The notes beneath the pieces were generated by a model that saw nothing but the letters and a program-made list of their open reading frames with translations, was not told where the DNA came from and searched no databases. DNA of 64,000 bases. Source: Thermoplasmata archaeon (lineage in GTDB: Archaea; Thermoplasmatota; DTKX01; VGTL01). Both the position numbers and the translations under genes were made by a program. This document shows positions 37,742 through 47,485 of this stretch, in pieces. The stretch's first letter is position 1. Each line of letters opens with the position of its first letter. Location of the stretch: positions 51,251 to 115,250 of the forward strand of contig JAWCLH010000005.1 of assembly GCA_038851035.1 (NCBI GenBank), given 5' to 3'.

Positions 37742-39145
37742 TCAGCCCGCGAAATACTCCAGGGCTGAGATCGCGCTTAGCACGACTACTAGGCCCAGCA
37801 GCGTCGAGACTATAATGAATGTGGGGCTCCAGTTCTCCCTTCTGCGGGGCGCGGCGCAATAGAGAACCGCGCCGCCGACCACGAGCTCGACGAGTCCCTC
37901 CGCGTGGAGGCCTTTTGAAAAGAAGAAGATACCCGTTGCAAGGAGGAAGAGGCCAGCCGACATCACGGCCGAGGCCCTCAGGTGGCTGGCGAGGCCCAGC
38001 TTCCCCGGGTAGACTCTGGCCGCTATGAACAGGAGGCCAGCGGGAATCCAGAGGGCGGATAAGAGCCGTAGGTGAAGCTCGCCGGGCCTGAGAGCGCCGA
38101 GGGAGCCGAGGAGGACCATGAAGGCGCCCGCGGCAGCGCCCGCGGTCTGGAGGCCGCGGCCCTCCTTGAGGGGACAGAGCAGAAGGCCCGTGGAAAGAAT
38201 AAGGAGGCCCTGCGCCAGCCAGAGAAGGCTCTGGAGAGGGGGCGCGAGAACCAGAACGCCACCGTAGAGCGCAATGAATGTGCCCGTGAAAACTCCCAGC
38301 TCGGTCCTGATGCCGGGCGGTATTTCGTAGGCGAGCAGGAGCACGAGCTCGATTGTGAGCAGGAGGAGGAAGTATGTGAGGAGAAAGTCGGGAGGGAGCG
38401 GGAGCCCGAGCCGGATGCCTGTGAATATGAGCCCGAGCAGCAGCGCGAGCCCGGCGAGGGTCACTGCCGCCAGCCTTCCCCACCTGACCAGCGGGGGTTC
38501 TGGTGGACGGGGAGGGGTGGCCGGCGCCTTTTTACAGGGCTGGGGTTCCCCCAGGACCCCTGTGGGTGTCTCCACGAGAAGACTCTCCGGGGTGGGGCGC
38601 GGAGGGGATGGCCCGGCATCGCCCACTCCCTCGCTCGCAGGCAAGGCCGTCCCCTCCTCGCCCGACCCCCAACCCCCCTTTCGAGGAGCGCGGACGGGCA
38701 GGCCGTCCGGACCGATGCATAGCACCGCCCTCTCGCCCACCGAGATTGCAAGCTCTGCAAGGGGGAGTTTTTTAGATAGTAGGAAGGAGGCCTCGGAGAG
38801 CTTCAGCCTCTGGGGCTCCGCGCCATCCCTATGGAGCTCGACCACGGCCTCCATGATCAATGCCAGAAGCTCGCGCGAGTACCTCAGGCCGGCGTCGGAG
38901 AGCGAGTAGACTTTTCTCCTGCGCGCCTCGCCCGCCACCCGCCCCTTCAGCTCTTCGACGAGCCCCTCCTCGCGAAGGGACCTGAGCGCGAGGGCGACGT
39001 GAGCTCTAGCGAGTCCCGTGGCCTCGGCTATTCCGTCCTGGGTGATGCCACGCGGGCAGCTCCCTTCAGGTTCCGGCCGCCCGAAGCGGGAGAGGTGAAG
39101 GATAACCCTGTCGCGGGCTGGCAGGGGGAAGCGCGCGGCTGGCAC
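37742..39145 (-). CDS. Hypothetical protein: N-terminal winged-HTH DNA-binding-like domain fused to a polytopic membrane domain (start uncertain, GTG at 39145 proposed)
   Basis: wHTH-like stretch GITQDGIAEATGLARAHVALALRSLREEGLVEE, followed by Pro-rich linker and about 8 hydrophobic helices. The N-terminal ~135 aa of the track ORF are rejected: they cross an AT-rich promoter and overlap gene 39269..39760 on the other strand. Confidence 0.4.
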   Translation of the reverse strand: MPAARFPLPARDRVILHLSRFGRPEPEGSCPRGITQDGIAEATGLARAHVALALRSLREEGLVEELKGRVAGEARRRKVYSLSDAGLRYSRELLALIMEAVVELHRDGAEPQRLKLSEASFLLSKKLPLAELAISVGERAVLCIGPDGLPVRAPRKGGWGSGEEGTALPASEGVGDAGPSPPRPTPESLLVETPTGVLGEPQPCKKAPATPPRPPEPPLVRWGRLAAVTLAGLALLLGLIFTGIRLGLPLPPDFLLTYFLLLLTIELVLLLAYEIPPGIRTELGVFTGTFIALYGGVLVLAPPLQSLLWLAQGLLILSTGLLLCPLKEGRGLQTAGAAAGAFMVLLGSLGALRPGELHLRLLSALWIPAGLLFIAARVYPGKLGLASHLRASAVMSAGLFLLATGIFFFSKGLHAEGLVELVVGGAVLYCAAPRRRENWSPTFIIVSTLLGLVVVLSAISALEYFAG

Positions 39146-39268
39146 GGAGACGGCGATGAGGTGGTGGAGTATTATATTTTGTTGTGGAAATGAGGGAAGG
39201 CTCCCCGCCCAATCAACCCAAAGAATAATGCTTCGCTCCGGCCATCCTCCGCTCCGGGAGGAACAGCA

Positions 39269-39760
39269 ATGCTCATCGGCCTGATATCTGACACGCACGA
39301 CAGCCTGCCCGCGGTCGAGGCCGCGGCGCTCGTGATGAGGAAGAGGGGAGTGGGGCTTGTGCTCCACGCGGGCGACATCGTGGCCCCATTCGTCGCTCCC
39401 GCGCTGGCGAAAGCCGGCGTGCGGGTCGTGGCGGTCTACGGGAACAACGACGGCGAGAGGGCGGGCCTGAAGAAGAGATTCAAAGAAATCGGCGAGCTCG
39501 CTGGGGACCTTGCGGAGGTCGACCCAGAGGGAAGGAGGGTTGCTGTTTACCATGGCACGGAGCGCGCGCTCGCGGACGCACTCACGGGCTGCGGGAGGTA
39601 TGACCTAGTCGTCCTGGGGCACACGCACGAACCCAGAATCGAGAGGAGGGGGCGGACCCTAGTCGTCAACCCTGGCGAAGCTTGCGGCTACCTCACGGGA
39701 AAGAGGACGCTGGCGCTGGTCGACACGGGGAGCATGGAGGCGGAACTGGTCGATTTCTGA
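39269..39760 (+). CDS. Metallophosphoesterase, MJ0936/YfcE family
   Basis: 163 aa. Motifs ISDTHD, GD (HAGDIV), GNND (VYGNNDGE), GHTH (VLGHTHEPRIE). Confidence 0.85.
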   Translation: MLIGLISDTHDSLPAVEAAALVMRKRGVGLVLHAGDIVAPFVAPALAKAGVRVVAVYGNNDGERAGLKKRFKEIGELAGDLAEVDPEGRRVAVYHGTERALADALTGCGRYDLVVLGHTHEPRIERRGRTLVVNPGEACGYLTGKRTLALVDTGSMEAELVDF

Positions 39761-39795
39761 TAGCTGGTTCAGGGAGCCGGATTTCGCGCGGGGGC

Positions 39796-40404
39796 TCAGG
39801 CCCAAGTCCACGAGGGACCGGAGCGCCTTAGCAGCATTTCCTTTCCTAGGTGGTGGAAGGCCGCCTCTACGTTCTCTCCGGTCTTTGCGCTGGTCCAAAA
39901 GTGGGCGGCCCCCATTTTGCCGGCCATGCTCTTGAGCTCCTCTTCCGAGACCTTTATCCTGTCTTTCAGGTCGCTCTTGTTGCCCAGAATGACGACGGCG
40001 GGCTCGTAGTTCTTCTCCACAACTATTCCACTTACCCAGACGTCGAGATCCTTAAAGGTCTCGGGGCGGGTCAAGTCGAAGACCGCCATAATTCCCTCGA
40101 CGCCAGCGTAGTAGGTGGGTGGGACCCTCTTCGAGGACTTATGACCTAGGATGTCCCATATCATGAAGTTGAGCTGCACGGGCCGACCGTCACGTCCCTG
40201 TATCACCGTTTCCTTCTTTGATATCTTGGTCCCGATGGTTTTAATGTAGGAGTCGTCGAATGTATTTTCCACGAACCGCCGAATCAGGCTGGTCTTCCCC
40301 ACCCCCTCATCGCCCAGCAGGCAGACTTTCTTACTGTACCTCTCGACCACGGATATGTTATGGACCTGATTAAATAAAAATTTTCCCGGCGCAGGTGGTC
40401 CCAA
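39796..40404 (-). CDS. Small Ras/Rab-like GTPase
   Basis: 202 aa. G1 LLGDEGVGKTSL, G3 WDILGH (DxxG), G4 GNKSDL (NKxD), G5-like SAK. Size and motif spacing of the Ras superfamily rather than translational GTPases. Confidence 0.65.
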   Translation of the reverse strand: MGPPAPGKFLFNQVHNISVVERYSKKVCLLGDEGVGKTSLIRRFVENTFDDSYIKTIGTKISKKETVIQGRDGRPVQLNFMIWDILGHKSSKRVPPTYYAGVEGIMAVFDLTRPETFKDLDVWVSGIVVEKNYEPAVVILGNKSDLKDRIKVSEEELKSMAGKMGAAHFWTSAKTGENVEAAFHHLGKEMLLRRSGPSWTWA

Positions 40405-40985
40405 ACCACCTCCAAAGCCAAATCAGAACTATTTTCACCTGTGAAATATGAATCGCTCCATATCATTCATACATTGTAATCATGATGATTGAGAATCGCA
40501 TCTAATAATCGTATTGATTGTTAAATGGAGCCAAGTAGATTTTCCTAAAAATTCGTGATAACGAGAATGAAGTACAGGATCTCATAGGAGCGATAGGTTC
40601 GTGGGTTAAAAATGCTTTCAAGATGAGGGGGGAGGGTTCGTTTGGGCCATCAAGGGAATCCTTGAGGTTGGAGCTGCCTCATTCCTCTTCAGAAACCTCT
40701 TTAGAGGATGTAGTCGGAAAACTTGATTTGATTAACAGAGTGGATAGAAACCGCGCCGGTAGGTACCTCAGACGATAGGCGATCTTGAGGGCCGTCCAAG
40801 CTCAAGAATGATTGTGGTTTATGTTCTCTGATGAGCATCAATACTGTCCTAACTTAGACAGCGGGTAAGTGGAAGGGGGCTGGAAACATTAATATGGGGT
40901 AGAAGGATGGATTTGAATGGTATATTTGCACTAACTGGGATGGGCAAATAATTATTATACTCTCTAGACAGATAACAACTTATAG

Positions 40986-41261
40986 GTGAGGCGGATGGGC
41001 TGGGAATATATTTACGTGTGGGACCGCAGGAAGGACAGGTGCGTCGGCACATGGTATGTGAAATCGGATGGCATGAGGGGAGTGGAGCCCAAGACCTCCG
41101 GGGGCCCCATTGATGAGGACAAAGTGGACGATTTTATCAAGAATCTTTTAATTAAGTACCCGGAGCCGCGCTACTTGGTCGAGGGGGGAGAGTCGGACGA
41201 GTGGGACGGGGAGAAGGCGGCGATGCTTCTGAGGCGTGAGGCGCTCTGCGAGGAGGAGTAG
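40986..41261 (+). CDS. Hypothetical small protein (low-GC islet)
   Basis: 91 aa ORF, no recognisable motif. Acidic C-terminus. Confidence 0.3.
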   Translation: MRRMGWEYIYVWDRRKDRCVGTWYVKSDGMRGVEPKTSGGPIDEDKVDDFIKNLLIKYPEPRYLVEGGESDEWDGEKAAMLLRREALCEEE

Positions 41262-41282
41262 CGGCCGGGCGGGGTTATTTGA

Positions 41283-41879
41283 ATGGGGAAATGGGTTCTC
41301 ACACGCACCCACGCCTGGGACGCCCTGGACTACATCCGCTGTCCCCTTGTCAAGAACAAATGGTATCACATTTCCCCGACGGATTACCACGTCGTCATTT
41401 TCTCCGTATCACTGATACTGGGAGGAGTTGTCGCGCTATTGCTTTTTCTCCTGAACATGCTCGTCAGAGACAGAATGGGTCTCCCGGACTACACGTGCGA
41501 GTCCTCCATCTTTATTCTTATTCCTCTGTATTGCCTGGGGGTACTGATTTCCTATCTCGCTCTCCGGAAGGTGCCGACCCATGATGTGAACCGTTACAGG
41601 GCGGTTCTCTGGCACGACGATTTCGACAGGGACATTTTCCTGGCCCGGCTCAGAGCTCTCCTGAAAAGGAGGGGGTACGCGTTTCAGGAGGTGCCGATCA
41701 GCGGTGAGCCAGATGTGGACTTTGTTTTTCCGGGAAGAGATTTCGTCCTCGAGCTGTTTTTCCACAGACTCTATATAACGGATATGGGCGAGAGCGGCCC
41801 GATAAAAGAGGTGATTCTGAGGCTCGGACCGAGACGGAGGCAAACCGGCTCGTTCTTGAGAGACTGCGGACGGAGGTGA
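41283..41879 (+). CDS. Hypothetical membrane protein (2 TM)
   Basis: 198 aa with two hydrophobic helices (VVIFSVSLILGGVVALLLFLL, IFILIPLYCLGVLISYLAL). No motif recognised. Confidence 0.4.
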   Translation: MGKWVLTRTHAWDALDYIRCPLVKNKWYHISPTDYHVVIFSVSLILGGVVALLLFLLNMLVRDRMGLPDYTCESSIFILIPLYCLGVLISYLALRKVPTHDVNRYRAVLWHDDFDRDIFLARLRALLKRRGYAFQEVPISGEPDVDFVFPGRDFVLELFFHRLYITDMGESGPIKEVILRLGPRRRQTGSFLRDCGRR

Positions 41880-42220
41880 GTGAGGAGTTCGCGAGGCTCT
41901 ACCCGCCCAAGAAGCCCTGATTCTCATTGTAGACCCGCTCCGATGGAATCAGAGCCCCCCGCGGGTCCATATCCAGAAAATCAGCGCGTAGCCGGTTGCG
42001 AGCATCGCCAGAGATATCAGCCACAGCAGCCTCATCAGCCTCTCTCGGCCCTCCGGGGTCCGGAGGGCCGGGGGCAGCCCCGGCTCTTCCCCGCCACCCG
42101 CATCGGTGCTCCTCACGGGGCCGCCCCTCGAGCCCGCGCTGCCTCTCCCGCCCCGCTCATCTCCCGTAATTCCCGAGCTCCCGCCGCTCCGGCCGCGCCC
42201 CGGCGCCCCGCCGGGCTCCA

Positions 42221-42838
42221 TCAGCCTTTGATTCTCTTCAGCCTGAATATGTTTTCCCTCTCTAGCTCCTCGAGGCGGAGGGATATGAAAGCAGCCGCCT
42301 CCTTAAGTTCTGGAATGACCTTGAACTCTAGGGCGTTGACCCGCCGGCGTGTCCGGTCTATCTCATCCAATAGCCTGCGTATCGTGGTCTCCACCTCGGC
42401 CGTTACTATAATTGTCTCGACGAGCTCCTCGTAGGCCCTAGCGGCCTCGTCGATTCTAGCGCTCGTACCGAGAATTCCGTACCCTCTTTCCCATAGCTTT
42501 TTCCTGACGCCGGATCCTTCTACGAGCGGTACAACCACGCCCATCACGTTTTTACTCTTCAGCCGAATTCTTGGCCTCTCCTTGATGGCAAAAGCGGCTG
42601 ACCTTACTGCCACGACCCCCTCCACCGCCATCGCTATTGCAATTTTCCTCTCAGCAGCTCTGTACTGCTCGATGAGCTGAGTCCTGAGGTTTTTGGCCCG
42701 GGCAAGCACCCTGAAGAACTCCATGATCAGGGTATCCCGCTTCATCTTCAGAAGCCGATGCCCTCTCTCCGAAAGGCGAATTTTCCTCTTCAGCTCCAGA
42801 AGCTCGGAGCGGGTCGGCTTCACCCTGTCCTTTATCAT
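42221..42838 (-). CDS. atpD: A1AO ATP synthase subunit D
   Basis: N-terminus MIKDRVKPTRSELLELKRKIRLSERGHRLLKMKRDTL is the conserved D-subunit start (start set at 42838). Coiled-coil rest. Confidence 0.85.
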   Translation of the reverse strand: MIKDRVKPTRSELLELKRKIRLSERGHRLLKMKRDTLIMEFFRVLARAKNLRTQLIEQYRAAERKIAIAMAVEGVVAVRSAAFAIKERPRIRLKSKNVMGVVVPLVEGSGVRKKLWERGYGILGTSARIDEAARAYEELVETIIVTAEVETTIRRLLDEIDRTRRRVNALEFKVIPELKEAAAFISLRLEELERENIFRLKRIKG

Positions 42839-42854
42839 CATCGACCGGCTCCTT

Positions 42855-44249
42855 TCACGCCTCAGCACCTTTTTTCCCGGAGTGAGCGGGATGATACCTC
42901 TCGATGAGGCTCCTGTCCATTCTGGTCAGCATCGCCTCGGGCAGGGTGGCGAGCAGCTCCCATGCGAGGTTGAGAGTGAAGTCGATGTCCCTGTCCTCCT
43001 CCCTTCCCTGCCGAACGAACCTGTCCTCGAACATATCGGCGAACTGAAGGAACTTCTTGTCGCGATCCGACAGGGCCTCCTTGCCGACGATCGCCGCAAG
43101 CCCCCGGAGGTCGCTGCCCTCTGCGTAGGCTGCGTAGAGCTGGTCCGAGACCGCCTTGTGGTCCTCTCGGGTCATCCCCTTACCGATACCTAGATTCATG
43201 AGCCTCGAGAGCGAGGGTAGGACGTTGATCGGGGGATAGATGCCCCTCCTGTGCAGCTCCCTCGATATCACGAGCTGCCCCTCGGTGATGTAACCCGTAA
43301 GGTCAGGTATCGGGTGGGTGATGTCGTCGCCGGGCATCGTAAGGATAGGGAACTGGGTGATCGTGCCCTTTCTGCCCTTTATTTTCCCAGCCCTCTCGTA
43401 TATGGTGGCGAGGTCGGTGTACATGTAGCCCGGGTAGCCTTGCCTGCCCGGCACCTCCTCCCTCGCGGCGCCGATCTGCCTCAAGGCCTCGCAGTAGTTG
43501 GTCATGTCGGTGAGGATGACGAGCACGTGCATATCGTGCTGGTAAGCCAGGTACTCGGCCGCGGTCAAAGCCAACCTCGGGGTAATCAGCCTCTCCACGG
43601 CCGGGTCGTCGGCGAGATTCAGAAAGACCACCGCTCTCTTGAGAGCCCCCGTCCTCTCGAAATCGTGCATGAAGAACTGGGCCTCCTCGTTTGTTATGCC
43701 CATCGCCGCAAAAATCACCGCGAACTCGCCCGTCCCCCCCGGGACGCGGGCCTGCCTCGCGATCTGGAGTGCGATGTCGTTGTGGGGGAGCCCGGACCCT
43801 GAGAATATGGGGAGCTTCTGGCCCCGGACAAGGGTGTTCATTCCGTCAATCGTCGAGATCCCGGTCTGGATGAACTCCCGTGGCGAGTCACGGGCCCAAG
43901 GGTTTATGGCGGACCCTAGGATTTCTAGGCGCTCCTCGGGAACTATCCTAGGTCCCCCGTCGAGCGGCTCTCCCCCGCCGGAGAGAATTCTTCCAAGAAT
44001 ATCAGGTGAGACGGGCAGTTTGAGCGTCTCTCCAAGGAATGTGACACCGCAGGATCTGTCCATTCCCGCCGTGCCCTCGAATATCTGGACTACCACAACC
44101 TCCCTCGAGGTGTCAAGCACCTGGCCCTTCCTCCTGCTACCGTCGGGGAGGGAAACCCTGACGAGTTCTCCGTAGCCCACGGGTTCCGTCCTCTCAACGA
44201 AAATCAGAGGCCCGGCAATCCTGCTCACGGTTCTGTACTCCCTAGTCAT
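42855..44249 (-). CDS. atpB: A1AO ATP synthase subunit B (regulatory)
   Basis: 464 aa. No true P-loop, but conserved B-subunit blocks ([37 protein letters not shown]). Confidence 0.9.
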   Translation of the reverse strand: MTREYRTVSRIAGPLIFVERTEPVGYGELVRVSLPDGSRRKGQVLDTSREVVVVQIFEGTAGMDRSCGVTFLGETLKLPVSPDILGRILSGGGEPLDGGPRIVPEERLEILGSAINPWARDSPREFIQTGISTIDGMNTLVRGQKLPIFSGSGLPHNDIALQIARQARVPGGTGEFAVIFAAMGITNEEAQFFMHDFERTGALKRAVVFLNLADDPAVERLITPRLALTAAEYLAYQHDMHVLVILTDMTNYCEALRQIGAAREEVPGRQGYPGYMYTDLATIYERAGKIKGRKGTITQFPILTMPGDDITHPIPDLTGYITEGQLVISRELHRRGIYPPINVLPSLSRLMNLGIGKGMTREDHKAVSDQLYAAYAEGSDLRGLAAIVGKEALSDRDKKFLQFADMFEDRFVRQGREEDRDIDFTLNLAWELLATLPEAMLTRMDRSLIERYHPAHSGKKGAEA

Positions 44250-44253
44250 CCAC

Positions 44254-47200
44254 TCACTCCTCCTCCTCCGCCTTTCGCTTCCTGAATGGCACTGTGAGGT
44301 AAATCACGAGAAAAGCCATGAGTCCTAACAGCAAGCCCAGCAGCGCCCAGGAGTGCCAGCCGACGACCCCCTGTAGGTTAGATGGCGGAGGCGAGCGAAC
44401 CTCGACCATGACAGAAGCCTCTGAAAAGTCGTAGCCGTCGCTAGTCTTCAGCACTACCCTGTGCTGCCCTGGCCCGGTGAATACATAAACCGCCTCAGGG
44501 CCGTTGACCTGCCGGCCCTCTATATCCCACAGAAATTCGAGGTTTTCCGGGGGGTCGTCCGGGTCCGTGGTTCCGCTGGCGCTGAACTTAAACTCTTCGC
44601 CGACCAGCCCAACGAGCTTTCCCGCGCTGATGCTGGCCGTTGGTGGCAGGTTGCGCACCGTCACGTTGAGGGATGTGGAGGAGAGGGCGCCCTCATCGTC
44701 CCTGACGGACAGGGTCACCGTGAAATTGCCCTTTTTTGTGAATGTGTGGGCGACAGTGGCCCCCGAGGCTCTGCGTCCGTCCCCGAAGTCCCAGAGGTGC
44801 TCCACCACGGCCCCGTCGGGGTCGAAGGATATTGAGTTGAATTTAAATTCGGTCCTCACGTCCCCGTTCCTCCTTTTTGCGACAGCCTCAGCAACCGGCG
44901 GTGCGTTCAGGACCCTGACAACCACATCAGGGCTCCACCCGCTCTCCGCCCCTGAGTCGTCCAGAACCCTCAGCCTTGCCCGGTAGCTCCCTTTCTGGCT
45001 GTAGCGGTGATGGGTTACTGGCTCCGCCACCCAACCCGATTCCTCACCGTCACCGAAATCGAAGAAATAGTGGGTGATGCGGCCGTCGTCAACGGAGCGT
45101 TCTCCGGAGAACTCAAGCCACTCCCAAACCGCCACTGTTGCGGGGGTCGCGTGGAGCACCGGCTCCGGCCGGGCGTTTAAATAGACGTCGGATGAGAGGG
45201 AGTTGTCACCCTCATCACTCTCTACGACTTCTCCGGCCGGGTCCACAACCACTGTGACGAAATGCCTGCCCGGAGAGGCGATGAGCCGAATGGATATCTC
45301 AGCGTTCCCTCCGGGAAACAGCCCGGAACAGCCCGCGCGTCCGAGAAGAGATGGCACCGTATCCTCCAGCCAGAACTCCACCTCAAAGGGCCCTGCGTTA
45401 GCCCTGCCTGTGTTCTCGACCACAGCGCTCAGGGAGGTGGTCTCTCCGCCCGTGGCGCCGGCCGGAACCGAGAGCGAGCGGGGCATGACGCGGAGATTTG
45501 GGAGGAGAGGTTGCGGTGGAAGGATTCTCAGCATTGTGGACAAGATATTATTGCTCTCGTTCCTTTCGTAGAATCGGTCGTCGGGATCTACCCAAGCCAC
45601 TAGTTCATGCTCTCCCACGCTCAGTGAGAAAGGAGCACTCAGAGAGACCCGCCCATGCGATGGTAGGGCCACTGCATCGCTCCACACCGGCGCACCATCC
45701 GCTAGGAGCATCACACCCAGCAGCTCCGCATCCATCGAGGATTCGCTAGAGAGACCGATTCTTGCCACAATCGCTCCACCCTCTATTGGCTCGCCCTGCA
45801 ACTCAAATCCGGATAACGAGAAGTCCAGGGAGGCCTGTGCGGTCGGGGCCTCATTATTCGATGTGGCGATGTCCAGAAGCCATCCGTCTGGATCTAGCTT
45901 TACAGTGTCCGCTTCCCGGTCAATCTCAAACCGAAGGACCGTGACACGATCCTTTCTGAGCGAGGCCCGGGGAAAAAAGGCGATGGTCTCTCCTTCATTC
46001 ATCACCGAGAGGTCGATTGGAAGGAGAGGCTCCGCGGCCCTGCTCTCCACCACAACCTCGACCATCTGCTTCCCTTCCTCTCCCTGGAATACAGTCGCAC
46101 AGGCGATGGCGCAGTCAAGCCTCTCCTGAGAGAACATCCAAAAAAAGAAGAACACTGAGAGGTCGCGTCCGGTCGAGCTCTGGATGTGCTCCATGAAGTC
46201 GTAGAAGTTGACCACCTTTCCCGAGAATTTCTGATGGAAGGAGGAGAGGCTTCTATTGAACTCCGCGCTGCCGATTAAGTAACGGAGCATGTGCAACACC
46301 CACGGCCCCTTGTAGCCAGCGAGGTCGTAGTTGGTCCCTATCAGCAGGGGCTCCGGGCCGCCGGGAGCGACGAAAAGCTCAATGTACCTCTGCCTGCAGA
46401 ACTCGAGGTAGCCCCGGGAGCCGTAAACCTCCATCTCGTACATCGCCTCACTGTATCCGGCGAAGCCCTCCCTCAGCCAGCTCTCCCCCGCCCCATCAGC
46501 CTCTATATCCACGCCCCACCACTGGTGGCCGAGCTCGTGGGAGAGGAGTCTATAGGGAAGGGGGCCGTCGAAATTGCGGGAAGAGAGCCAGAGCATGGAC
46601 GGAAGGCTCTGGCCCCATGCAGCAAACCGGCCAGGCACCTCCACGACCGTAAGATCGCGGAAGCCTGGGGGACCAAAAAGGGAGGTATAGAACTCCACAA
46701 TCCGGGCCATCTCGGAAGCATAGGAGGGGGCGGCTGGGGCGTGTTCCGGTCTGAAATAAAGGCGATAGATATGGTCGGAGGTCTGGTGCTCGGTGAATAC
46801 GTAGCGCCCGACCGTGAATGAGAGCCCGATAAGAGGTATCCGCGATTCCCATATATACGTGACCGTGGCATTGGGGGTCTCATGAACTTCCCCGACGAGT
46901 TCACCGGGTCCAATAGCCATCTTTCCCTCGGGAAGGGTCAGGGATAGGGTGGCCCGGGCCCGCTCCATCCTCTCGTCCCCGGGGAAGTACCAGCCGTAGG
47001 ACCTGACCCAGCTCCCTTCGGGACCGATGTAGTCCCAGTAGCTCTCGCCCCCGTCCTCGCTGTAGGCCACTTCTCCGGAGTAGTTCAGGGTAATGTTGAG
47101 CAATGTTCCTGCGCCCACCTCCCGGCCGAGCGAGACGGCGATGAAGGGGTCGAAAGAGCGCTCCACGCTCAGATTCCCGAGGGAAGGCTCGTGGGCCTCT

Positions 47201-47469
47201 GTCACGTTCATCGCGGGGTTGAGCTTCAGGAATACTCTGGAGGTGTTCTGCAGCGCCTGTATCGACACTACCGCGCTGACGCTCAGGGCGTGGCCCGCCT
47301 CATCCACCACCGCTCGGGCGCGAATCTCGAGCAGCCTGGACACGCACCCCTCCTCCCTCCTGAGCTCTGTCGCTGGGGTCCGGGCGTCGCCTCCCCCCGA
47401 CCTCGGGGGAAACGGGGCGCACACCGAGGCGAGCAGAACGAGCATAGCCACCGATTCTCTCAGCATCAT
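44254..47469 (-). CDS. Secreted M1-family (gluzincin) aminopeptidase with CARDB/PKD domains and C-terminal TM anchor, located inside the ATP synthase operon
   Basis: 1071 aa. Signal peptide. HEXXH plus downstream Glu ([16 protein letters not shown]...[15 protein letters not shown]), with an upstream G-A-M-E-N-like region. CARDB-like and PKD repeats ([22 protein letters not shown]). [20 protein letters not shown] plus [10 protein letters not shown] tail. There is a 16-bp gap to atpA and a 4-bp gap to atpB, all on the same strand. Confidence 0.8.
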   Translation of the reverse strand: MMLRESVAMLVLLASVCAPFPPRSGGGDARTPATELRREEGCVSRLLEIRARAVVDEAGHALSVSAVVSIQALQNTSRVFLKLNPAMNVTEAHEPSLGNLSVERSFDPFIAVSLGREVGAGTLLNITLNYSGEVAYSEDGGESYWDYIGPEGSWVRSYGWYFPGDERMERARATLSLTLPEGKMAIGPGELVGEVHETPNATVTYIWESRIPLIGLSFTVGRYVFTEHQTSDHIYRLYFRPEHAPAAPSYASEMARIVEFYTSLFGPPGFRDLTVVEVPGRFAAWGQSLPSMLWLSSRNFDGPLPYRLLSHELGHQWWGVDIEADGAGESWLREGFAGYSEAMYEMEVYGSRGYLEFCRQRYIELFVAPGGPEPLLIGTNYDLAGYKGPWVLHMLRYLIGSAEFNRSLSSFHQKFSGKVVNFYDFMEHIQSSTGRDLSVFFFFWMFSQERLDCAIACATVFQGEEGKQMVEVVVESRAAEPLLPIDLSVMNEGETIAFFPRASLRKDRVTVLRFEIDREADTVKLDPDGWLLDIATSNNEAPTAQASLDFSLSGFELQGEPIEGGAIVARIGLSSESSMDAELLGVMLLADGAPVWSDAVALPSHGRVSLSAPFSLSVGEHELVAWVDPDDRFYERNESNNILSTMLRILPPQPLLPNLRVMPRSLSVPAGATGGETTSLSAVVENTGRANAGPFEVEFWLEDTVPSLLGRAGCSGLFPGGNAEISIRLIASPGRHFVTVVVDPAGEVVESDEGDNSLSSDVYLNARPEPVLHATPATVAVWEWLEFSGERSVDDGRITHYFFDFGDGEESGWVAEPVTHHRYSQKGSYRARLRVLDDSGAESGWSPDVVVRVLNAPPVAEAVAKRRNGDVRTEFKFNSISFDPDGAVVEHLWDFGDGRRASGATVAHTFTKKGNFTVTLSVRDDEGALSSTSLNVTVRNLPPTASISAGKLVGLVGEEFKFSASGTTDPDDPPENLEFLWDIEGRQVNGPEAVYVFTGPGQHRVVLKTSDGYDFSEASVMVEVRSPPPSNLQGVVGWHSWALLGLLLGLMAFLVIYLTVPFRKRKAEEEE

Positions 47470-47485
47470 CCTGAACCCCGCACCA

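Noticed and set aside
37440-38722. ORFs 37440..38483 (-) and 38072..38722 (+) overlapping the wHTH-membrane gene
   Set aside because: Extremely R/P/G-rich with no hydrophobic periodicity. Judged GC-driven spurious ORFs.
39146-39553. N-terminal 136 codons of track ORF 37742..39553
   Set aside because: They translate an AT-rich promoter region and overlap the convincing metallophosphoesterase gene on the opposite strand (39269..39760).
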